A stretch of DNA of 64,000 bases. Source: Lingula anatina. Taxonomy: Eukaryota > Animalia > Brachiopoda. The stretch is taken from assembly GCA_051362555.1 (NCBI GenBank), contig CM120640.1, positions 52,182,788 to 52,246,787 of the forward strand. Direction: 5' to 3'. Shown in pieces: positions 1 to 9,500 of the stretch (positions are counted from its first letter, which is position 1; each line of letters starts with the position of its first letter). A program made the position numbers and the translations under genes. A model generated the notes under the pieces. That model searched no databases. It saw only the letters and a list, made by a program, of their open reading frames with translations, and was not told the DNA's origin.

Positions 1-4
1 CATC

Positions 5-124
5 GTCTACGACCATACCACGTTGAAAGCACCGGTTCTCGTCCGATCACCGAAGTTAAGCAACGTCGGGCCAGGTTAGTACTTGGATGGGTGACCGCCT
101 GGGAATACCTGGTGCCGTAGACAC
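5..124 (+). rRNA. 5S rRNA: 5S ribosomal RNA gene (first copy; representative of all units)
   Basis: GTCTACGACCATACCACGTTGAAAGCACCGGTTCTCGTCCGATCACCGAAGTTAAGC...GGTTAGTACTTGGATGGGTGACCGCCTGGGAATACCTGGTGCCGTAGAC is the eukaryotic 5S pattern. Helix I (GTCTACG/CGTAGAC), helix II (ACGTTG/CAACGT) and the loop E AGTA/GAA motif are present. The 3' end is uncertain by 1-3 nt. Confidence 0.99.
54..101 (+). promoter_or_regulatory. Pol III type-1 internal control region: box A (54-68), intermediate element (71-76), box C (84-101); repeated in every unit
   Basis: AGTTAAGCAACGTCG at +50..+64, CCAGGT at +67..+72 and TGGATGGGTGACCGCCTG at +80..+97 match the positions and sequence of the Xenopus-defined TFIIIA/TFIIIC elements. 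Confidence 0.93.
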
Positions 125-125
125 G

Positions 126-138
126 TTTTTGACATTTT
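126..138 (+). terminator. Pol III oligo-dT terminator (T5 at 126-130, back-up T4 at 135-138); repeated in every unit
   Basis: TTTTT lies directly after the 5S 3' end; a run of 4 or more T is the established metazoan Pol III stop signal. Confidence 0.92.
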
Positions 139-201
139 ATTCGTAGCCGATTTCAGTTTCTTTCACTTACCACTTTTTTTTCTTTAAGTTTTCAATTTTT
201 T
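139..201 (+). other. T-rich, strand-asymmetric spacer segment with a length-variable T8 run (174-181) and further T4/T6 runs
   Basis: Read directly from the sequence; the T run is T7, T8, T9 or T10 in different units. Confidence 0.85.
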
Positions 202-283
202 CCAAATCACAGTTGCGCCGTTGTCTTCGTCTATCAGTGCGTCGGGCCACGTCTGGACTAGGATGGAAGACCGCCTGGCCACC
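202..283 (+). pseudogene. Degenerate 5S-derived element in the spacer (retains IE/box C region, lacks most of box A); present in every unit
   Basis: 240-278 CGTCGGGCCACGTCTGGACTAGGATGGAAGACCGCCTGG aligns ungapped to gene 64-102 CGTCGGGCCAGGTTAGTACTTGGATGGGTGACCGCCTGG at 32/39. Weaker gapped similarity extends upstream (GCGCCGTTGTCTTCGTCTATCA vs GCACCGGTTCTCGTCCGATCA; CACAGTTG vs CACGTTG). Outer boundaries are approximate. Confidence 0.85.
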
Positions 284-350
284 TTTACTTGTCCTTTTTA
301 GCGTGGCATCAAACAGATGTGTCGATTCCGTTTCATTTCCTTTCCGTCGA

Positions 351-380
351 TCAAAAACAGTGCTAGCGCGGACAGTCATC
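351..380 (+). promoter_or_regulatory. Putative 5S upstream promoter region: A-tract at -28..-24, GC-rich segment, C at -1
   Basis: TCAAAAACAG sits where TATA-like/TFIIIB-contact elements are described for metazoan 5S genes, and C at -1 is typical. There is no true TATA box, so function is inferred from position only. Confidence 0.5.
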
Positions 381-500
381 GTCTACGACCATACCACGTT
401 GAAAGCACCGGTTCTCGTCCGATCACCGAAGTTAAGCAACGTCGGGCCAGGTTAGTACTTGGATGGGTGACCGCCTGGGAATACCTGGTGCCGTAGACAC
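381..500 (+). rRNA. 5S rRNA: 5S ribosomal RNA gene (second copy)
   Basis: Identical to the first copy, 376 bp downstream. Confidence 0.99.
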
Positions 501-3500
501 GTTTTTGACATTTTATTCGTAGCCGATTTCAGTTTCTTTCACTTACCACTTTTTTTTCTTTAAGTTTTCAATTTTTTCCAAATCACAGTTGCGCCGTTGT
601 CTTCGTCTATCAGTGCGTCGGGCCACGTCTGGACTAGGATGGAAGACCGCCTGGCCACCTTTACTTGTCCTTTTTAGCGTGGCATCAAACAGATGTGTCG
701 ATTCCGTTTCATTTCCTTTCCGTCGATCAAAAACAGTGCTAGCGCGGACAGTCATCGTCTACGACCATACCACGTTGAAAGCACCGGTTCTCGTCCGATC
801 ACCGAAGTTAAGCAACGTCGGGCCAGGTTAGTACTTGGATGGGTGACCGCCTGGGAATACCTGGTGCCGTAGACACGTTTTTGACATTTTATTCGTAGCC
901 GATTTCAGTTTCTTTCACTTACCACTTTTTTTTCTTTAAGTTTTCAATTTTTTCCAAATCACAGTTGCGCCGTTGTCTTCGTCTATCAGTGCGTCGGGCC
1001 ACGTCTGGACTAGGATGGAAGACCGCCTGGCCACCTTTACTTGTCCTTTTTAGCGTGGCATCAAACAGATGTGTCGATTCCGTTTCATTTCCTTTCCGTC
1101 GATCAAAAACAGTGCTAGCGCGGACAGTCATCGTCTACGACCATACCACGTTGAAAGCACCGGTTCTCGTCCGATCACCGAAGTTAAGCAACGTCGGGCC
1201 AGGTTAGTACTTGGATGGGTGACCGCCTGGGAATACCTGGTGCCGTAGACACGTTTTTGACATTTTATTCGTAGCCGATTTCAGTTTCTTTCACTTACCA
1301 CTTTTTTTTCTTTAAGTTTTCAATTTTTTCCAAATCACAGTTGCGCCGTTGTCTTCGTCTATCAGTGCGTCGGGCCACGTCTGGACTAGGATGGAAGACC
1401 GCCTGGCCACCTTTACTTGTCCTTTTTAGCGTGGCATCAAACAGATGTGTCGATTCCGTTTCATTTCCTTTCCGTCGATCAAAAACAGTGCTAGCGCGGA
1501 CAGTCATCGTCTACGACCATACCACGTTGAAAGCACCGGTTCTCGTCCGATCACCGAAGTTAAGCAACGTCGGGCCAGGTTAGTACTTGGATGGGTGACC
1601 GCCTGGGAATACCTGGTGCCGTAGACACGTTTTTGACATTTTATTCGTAGCCGATTTCAGTTTCTTTCACTTACCACTTTTTTTTCTTTAAGTTTTCAAT
1701 TTTTTCCAAATCACAGTTGCGCCGTTGTCTTCGTCTATCAGTGCGTCGGGCCACGTCTGGACTAGGATGGAAGACCGCCTGGCCACCTTTACTTGTCCTT
1801 TTTAGCGTGGCATCAAACAGATGTGTCGATTCCGTTTCATTTCCTTTCCGTCGATCAAAAACAGTGCTAGCGCGGACAGTCATCGTCTACGACCATACCA
1901 CGTTGAAAGCACCGGTTCTCGTCCGATCACCGAAGTTAAGCAACGTCGGGCCAGGTTAGTACTTGGATGGGTGACCGCCTGGGAATACCTGGTGCCGTAG
2001 ACACGTTTTTGACATTTTATTCGTAGCCGATTTCAGTTTCCTTCACTTACCACTTTTTTTTCTTTAAGTTTTCAATTTTTTCCAAATCACAGTTGCGCCG
2101 TTGTCTTCGTCTATCAGTGCGTCGGGCCACGTCTGGACTAGGATGGAAGACCGCCTGGCCACCTTTACTTGTCCTTTTTAGCGTGGCATCAAACAGATGT
2201 GTCGATTCCGTTTCATTTCCTTTCCGTCGATCAAAAACAGTGCTAGCGCGGACAGTCATCGTCTACGACCATACCACGTTGAAAGCACCGGTTCTCGTCC
2301 GATCACCGAAGTTAAGCAACGTCGGGCCAGGTTAGTACTTGGATGGGTGACCGCCTGGGAATACCTGGTGCCGTAGACACGTTTTTGACATTTTATTCGT
2401 AGCCGATTTCAGTTTCTTTCACTTACCACTTTTTTTTCTTTAAGTTTTCAATTTTTTCCAAATCACAGTTGCGCCGTTGTCTTCGTCTATCAGTGCGTCG
2501 GGCCACGTCTGGACTAGGATGGAAGACCGCCTGGCCACCTTTACTTGTCCTTTTTAGCGTGGCATCAAACAGATGTGTCGATTCCGTTTCATTTCCTTTC
2601 CGTCGATCAAAAACAGTGCTAGCGCGGACAGTCATCGTCTACGACCATACCACGTTGAAAGCACCGGTTCTCGTCCGATCACCGAAGTTAAGCAACGTCG
2701 GGCCAGGTTAGTACTTGGATGGGTGACCGCCTGGGAATACCTGGTGCCGTAGACACGTTTTTGACATTTTATTCGTAGCCGATTTCAGTTTCTTTCACTT
2801 ACCACTTTTTTTTCTTTAAGTTTTCAATTTTTTCCAAATCACAGTTGCGCCGTTGTCTTCGTCTATCAGTGCGTCGGGCCACGTCTGGACTAGGATGGAA
2901 GACCGCCTGGCCACCTTTACTTGTCCTTTTTAGCGTGGCATCAAACAGATGTGTCGATTCCGTTTCATTTCCTTTCCGTCGATCAAAAACAGTGCTAGCG
3001 CGGACAGTCATCGTCTACGACCATACCACGTTGAAAGCACCGGTTCTCGTCCGATCACCGAAGTTAAGCAACGTCGGGCCAGGTTAGTACTTGGATGGGT
3101 GACCGCCTGGGAATACCTGGTGCCGTAGACACGTTTTTGACATTTTATTCGTAGCCGATTTCAGTTTCTTTCACTTACCACTTTTTTTTCTTTAAGTTTT
3201 CAATTTTTTCCAAATCACAGTTGCGCCGTTGTCTTCGTCTATCAGTGCGTCGGGCCACGTCTGGACTAGGATGGAAGACCGCCTGGCCACCTTTACTTGT
3301 CCTTTTTAGCGTGGCATCAAACAGATGTGTCGATTCCGTTTCATTTCCTTTCCGTCGATCAAAAACAGTGCTAGCGCGGACAGTCATCGTCTACGACCAT
3401 ACCACGTTGAAAGCACCGGTTCTCGTCCGATCACCGAAGTTAAGCAACGTCGGGCCAGGTTAGTACTTGGATGGGTGACCGCCTGGGAATACCTGGTGCC

Positions 3501-4896
3501 GTAGACACGTTTTTGACATTTTATTCGTAGCCGATTTCAGTTTCTTTCACTTACCACTTTTTTTTCTTTAAGTTTTCAATTTTTTCCAAATCACAGTTGC
3601 GCCGTTGTCTTCGTCTATCAGTGCGTCGGGCCACGTCTGGACTAGGATGGAAGACCGCCTGGCCACCTTTACTTGTCCTTTTTAGCGTGGCATCAAACAG
3701 ATGTGTCGATTCCGTTTCATTTCCTTTCCGTCGATCAAAAACAGAGGCTAGCGCGGACAGTCATCGTCTACGACCATACCACGTTGAAAGCACCGGTTCT
3801 CGTCCGATCACCGAAGTTAAGCAACGTCGGGCCAGGTTAGTACTTGGATGGGTGACCGCCTGGGAATACCTGGTGCCGTAGACACGTTTTTGACATTTTA
3901 TTCGTAGCCGATTTCAGTTTCTTTCACTTACCACTTTTTTTTCTTTAAGTTTTCAATTTTTTCCAAATCACAGTTGCGCCGTTGTCTTCGTCTATCAGTG
4001 CGTCGGGCCACGTCTGGACTAGGATGGAAGACCGCCTGGCCACCTTTACTTGTCCTTTTTAGCGTGGCATCAAACAGATGTGTCGATTCCGTTTCATTTC
4101 CTTTCCGTCGATCAAAAACAGAGGCTAGCGCGGACAGTCATCGTCTACGACCATACCACGTTGAAAGCACCGGTTCTCGTCCGATCACCGAAGTTAAGCA
4201 ACGTCGGGCCAGGTTAGTACTTGGATGGGTGACCGCCTGGGAATACCTGGTGCCGTAGACACGTTTTTGACATTTTATTCGTAGCCGATTTCAGTTTCTT
4301 TCACTTACCACTTTTTTTTCTTTAAGTTTTCAATTTTTTCCAAATCACAGTTGCGCCGTTGTCTTCGTCTATCAGTGCGTCGGGCCACGTCTGGACTAGG
4401 ATGGAAGACCGCCTGGCCACCTTTACTTGTCCTTTTTAGCGTGGCATCAAACAGATGTGTCGATTCCGTTTCATTTCCTTTCCGTCGATCAAAAACAGAG
4501 GCTAGCGCGGACAGTCATCGTCTACGACCATACCACGTTGAAAGCACCGGTTCTCGTCCGATCACCGAAGTTAAGCAACGTCGGGCCAGGTTAGTACTTG
4601 GATGGGTGACCGCCTGGGAATACCTGGTGCCGTAGACACGTTTTTGACATTTTATTCGTAGCCGATTTCAGTTTCTTTCACTTACCACTTTTTTTTCTTT
4701 AAGTTTTCAATTTTTTCCAAATCACAGTTGCGCCGTTGACTTCGTCTATCAGTGCGTCGGGCCACGTCTGGACTAGGATGGAAGACCGCCTGGCCACCTT
4801 TACTTGTCCTTTTTAGCGTGGCATCAAACAGATGTGTCGATTCCGTTTCATTTCCTTTCCGTCGATCAAAAACAGAGGCTAGCGCGGACAGTCATC

Positions 4897-5016
4897 GTCT
4901 ACGACCATACCACGTTGAAAGCACCGGTTCTCGTCCGATCACCGAAGTTAAGCAACGTCAGGCCAGGTTAGTACTTGGATGGGTGACCGCCTGGGAACAC
5001 CTGGTGCCGTAGACAC
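4897..5016 (+). rRNA. 5S rRNA: 5S rRNA gene, double variant (G64A, T102C)
   Basis: CGTCAGGCC at 4960 and GGGAACACC at 4998 differ from the array consensus. Confidence 0.85.
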
Positions 5017-6401
5017 GTTTTTGACATTTTATTCGTAGCCGATTTCAGTTTCTTTCACTTACCACTTTTTTTTCTTTAAGTTTTCAATTTTTTCCAAATC
5101 ACAGTTGCGCCGTTGTCTTCGTCTATCAGTGCGTCGGGCCACGTCTGGACTAGGATGGAAGACCGCCTGGCCACCTTTACTTGTCCTTTTTAGCGTGGCA
5201 TCAAACAGATGTGTCGATTCCGTTTCATTTCCTTTCCGTCGATCAAAAACAGTGCTAGCGCGGACAGTCATCGTCTACGACCATACCACGTTGAACGCAC
5301 CGGTTCTCGTCCGATCACCGAAGTTAAGCAACGTCGGGCCAGGTTAGTACTTGGATGGGTGACCGCCTGGGAATACCTGGTGCCGTAGACACGTTTTTGA
5401 CATTTTATTCGTAGCCGATTTCAGTTTCTTTCACTTACCACTTTTTTTTCTTTAAGTTTTCAATTTTTTCCAAATCACAGTTGCGCCGTTGTCTTCGTCT
5501 ATCAGTGCGTCGGGCCACGTCTGGACTAGGATGGAAGACCGCCTGGCCACCTTTACTTGTCCTTTTTAGCGTGGCATCAAACAGATGTGTCGATTCCGTT
5601 TCATTTCCTTTCCGTCGATCAAAAACAGAGGCTAGCGCGGACAGTCATCGTCTACGACCATACCACGTTGAAAGCACCGGTTCTCGTCCGATCACCGAAG
5701 TTAAGCAACGTCGGGCCAGGTTAGTACTTGGATGGGTGACCGCCTGGGAATACCTGGTGCCGTAGACACGTTTTTGACATTTTATTCGTAGCCGATTTCA
5801 GTTTCTTTCACTTACCACTTTTTTTTCTTTAAGTTTTCAATTTTTTCCAAATCACAGTTGCGCCGTTGTCTTCGTCTATCAGTGCGTCGGGCCACGTCTG
5901 GACTAGGATGGAAGACCGCCTGGCCACCTTTACTTGTCCTTTTTAGCGTGGCATCAAACAGATGTGTCGATTCCGTTTCATTTCCTTTCCGTCGATCAAA
6001 AACAGTGCTAGCGCGGACAGTCATCGTCTACGACCATACCACGTTGAAAGCACCGGTTCTCGTCCGATCACCGAAGTTAAGCAACGTCGGGCCAGGTTAG
6101 TACTTGGATGGGTGACCGCCTGGGAATACCTGGTGCCGTAGACACGTTTTTGACATTTTATTCGTAGCCGAATTCAGATTCTTTCACTTACCACTTTTTT
6201 TTCTTTAAGTTTTCAATTTTTTCCAAATCACAGTTGCGCCGTTGTCTTCGTCTATCAGTGCGTCGGGCCACGTCTGGACTAGGATGGAAGACCGCCTGGC
6301 CACCTTTACTTGTCCTTTTTAGCGTGGCATCAAACAGATGTGTCGATTCCGTTTCATTTCCTTTCCGTCGATCAAAAACAGTGCTAGCGCGGACAGTCAT
6401 C

Positions 6402-6513
6402 GTCTACCACGTTGAAAGCACCGGTTCTCGTCCGATCACCGAAGTTAAGCAACGTCGGGCCAGGTTAGTACTTGGATGGGTGACCGCCTGGGAATACCTG
6501 GTGCCGTAGACAC
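6402..6513 (+). pseudogene. 5S rRNA copy with an 8-bp deletion near the 5' end
   Basis: GTCTACCACGTTG instead of GTCTACGACCATACCACGTTG; the unit is 368 bp long. Confidence 0.85.
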
Positions 6514-9500
6514 GTTTTTGACATTTTATTCGTAGCCGATTTCAGTTTCTTTCACTTACCACTTTTTTTCCTTTAAGTTTTCAATTTTTTCCAAATCACA
6601 GTTGCGCCGTTGTCTTCGTCTATCAGTGCGTCGGGCCACGTCTGGACTAGGATGGAAGACCGCCTGGCCACCTTTACTTGTCCTTTTTAGCGTGGCATCA
6701 AACAGATGTGTCGATTCCGTTTCATTTCCTTTCCGTCGATCAAAAACAGTGCTAGCGCGGGCAGTCATCGTCTACGACCATACCACGTTGAAAGCACCGG
6801 TTCTCGTCCGATCACCGAAGTTAAGCAACGTCGGGCCAGGTTAGTACTTGGATGGGTGACCGCCTGGGAATACCTGGTGCCGTAGACACGTTTTTGACAT
6901 TTTATTCGTAGCCGATTTCAGTTTCTTTCACTTACCACTTTTTTTTCTTTAAGTTTTCAATTTTTTCCAAATCACAGTTGCGCCGTTGTCTTCGTCTATC
7001 AGTGCGTCGGGCCACGTCTGGACTAGGATGGAAGACCGCCTGGCCACCTTTACTTGTCCTTTTTAGCGTGGCATCAAACAGATGTGTCGATTCCGTTTCA
7101 TTTCCTTTCCGTCGATCAAAAACAGAGGCTAGCGCGGACAGTCATCGTCTACGACCATACCACGTTGAAAGCACCGGTTCTCGTCCGATCACCGAAGTTA
7201 AGCAACGTCGGGCCAGGTTAGTACTTGGATGGGTGACCGCCTGGGAATACCTGGTGCCGTAGACACGTTTTTGACATTTTATTCGTAGCCGATTTCAGTT
7301 TCTTTCACTTACCACTTTTTTTTCTTTAAGTTTTCAATTTTTTCCAAATCACAGTTGCGCCGTTGTCTTCGTCTATCAGTGCGTCGGGCCACGTCTGGAC
7401 TAGGATGGAAGACCGCCTGGCCACCTTTACTTGTCCTTTTTAGCGTGGCATCAAACAGATGTGTCGATTCCGTTTCATTTCCTTTCCGTCGATCAAAAAC
7501 AGAGGCTAGCGCGGACAGTCATCGTCTACGACCATACCACGTTGAAAGCACCGGTTCTCGTCCGATCACCGAAGTTAAGCAACGTCGGGCCAGGTTAGTA
7601 CTTGGATGGGTGACCGCCTGGGAATACCTGGTGCCGTAGACACGTTTTTGACATTTTATTCGTAGCCGATTTCAGTTTCTTTCACTTACCACTTTTTTTT
7701 CTTTAAGTTTTCAATTTTTTCCAAATCACAGTTGCGCCGTTGTCTTCGTCTATCAGTGCGTCGGGCCACGTCTGGACTAGGATGGAAGACCGCCTGGCCA
7801 CCTTTACTTGTCCTTTTTAGCGTGGCATCAAACAGATGTGTCGATTCCGTTTCATTTCCTTTCCGTCGATCAAAAACAGAGGCTAGCGCGGACAGTCATC
7901 GTCTACGACCATACCACGTTGAAAGCACCGGTTCTCGTCCGATCACCGAAGTTAAGCAACGTCGGGCCAGGTTAGTACTTGGATGGGTGACCGCCTGGGA
8001 ATACCTGGTGCCGTAGACACGTTTTTGACATTTTATTCGTAGCCGATTTCAGTTTCTTTCACTTACCACTTTTTTTTCTTTAAGTTTTCAATTTTTTCCA
8101 AATCACAGTTGCGCCGTTGTCTTCGTCTATCAGTGCGTCGGGCCACGTCTGGACTAGGATGGAAGACCGCCTGGCCACCTTTACTTGTCCTTTTTAGCGT
8201 GGCATCAAACAGATGTGTCGATTCCGTTTCATTTCCTTTCCGTCGATCAAAAACAGAGGCTAGCGCGGACAGTCATCGTCTACGACCATACCACGTTGAA
8301 AGCACCGGTTCTCGTCCGATCACCGAAGTTAAGCAACGTCGGGCCAGGTTAGTACTTGGATGGGTGACCGCCTGGGAATACCTGGTGCCGTAGACACGTT
8401 TTTGACATTTTATTCGTAGCCGATTTCAGTTTCTTTCACTTACCACTTTTTTTTCTTTAAGTTTTCAATTTTTTCCAAATCACAGTTGCGCCGTTGTCTT
8501 CGTCTATCAGTGCGTCGGGCCACGTCTGGACTAGGATGGAAGACCGCCTGGCCACCTTTACTTGTCCTTTTTAGCGTGGCATCAAACAGATGTGTCGATT
8601 CCGTTTCATTTCCTTTCCGTCGATCAAAAACAGTGCTAGCGCGGACAGTCATCGTCTACGACCATACCACGTTGAAAGCACCGGTTCTCGTCCGATCACC
8701 GAAGTTAAGCAACGTCGGGCCAGGTTAGTACTTGGATGGGTGACCGCCTGGGAATACCTGGTGCCGTAGACACGTTTTTGACATTTTATTCGTAGCCGAT
8801 TTCAGTTTCTTTCACTTACCACTTTTTTTTCTTTAAGTTTTCAATTTTTTCCAAATCACAGTTGCGCCGTTGTCTTCGTCTATCAGTGCGTCGGGCCACG
8901 TCTGGACTAGGATGGAAGACCGCCTGGCCACCTTTACTTGTCCTTTTTAGCGTGGCATCAAACAGATGTGTCGATTCCGTTTCATTTCCTTTCCGTCGAT
9001 CAAAAACAGTGCTAGCGCGGACAGTCATCGTCTACGACCATACCACGTTGAAAGCACCGGTTCTCGTCCGATCACCGAAGTTAAGCAACGTCGGGCCAGG
9101 TTAGTACTTGGATGGGTGACCGCCTGGGAATACCTGGTGCCGTAGACACGTTTTTGACATTTTATTCGTAGCCGATTTCAGTTTCTTTCACTTACCACTT
9201 TTTTTTCTTTAAGTTTTCAATTTTTTCCAAATCACAGTTGCGCCGTTGTCTTCGTCTATCAGTGCGTCGGGCCACGTCTGGACTAGGATGGAAGACCGCC
9301 TGGCCACCTTTACTTGTCCTTTTTAGCGTGGCATCAAACAGACGTGTCGATTCCGTTTCATTTCCTTTCCGTCGATCAAAAACAGAGGCTAGCGCGGACA
9401 GTCATCGTCTACGACCATACCACGTTGAAAGCACCGGTTCTCGTCCGATCACCGAAGTTAAGCAAAGTCGGGCCAGGTTAGTACTTGGATGGGTGACCGC

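Noticed and set aside
164-203. U1-like ACTTACC and Sm-like AATTTTTTC suggesting a linked snRNA
   Set aside because: Only 7 nt match the U1 5' end, the Sm-like motif lacks the closing G, and no U1/U2/U5 body sequence or structure is present.
130-205. Possible spliced-leader RNA gene on the minus strand (perfect donor G|GTAAGT at 171-165; SL genes are 5S-linked in nematodes, Hydra and Oikopleura)
   Set aside because: No U-rich Sm site or stem-loops follow the donor on that strand, the putative exon is just A-tracts, and it would run into the antisense 5S gene. A search of mRNA 5' ends for the leader would settle it.
296-345. tRNA-like gene in the spacer (TAGCGTGGC...TCGATTCC)
   Set aside because: No cloverleaf or acceptor stem can be built, and the spacing between A-like and B-like motifs is too short.
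167-455. Repeated 70-94 aa ORFs on both strands in every unit
   Set aside because: They overlap the 5S gene and spacer, the + strand ORF begins at TTG rather than ATG, they resemble no protein family I recognise, and they are freely frameshifted by the common spacer indels.
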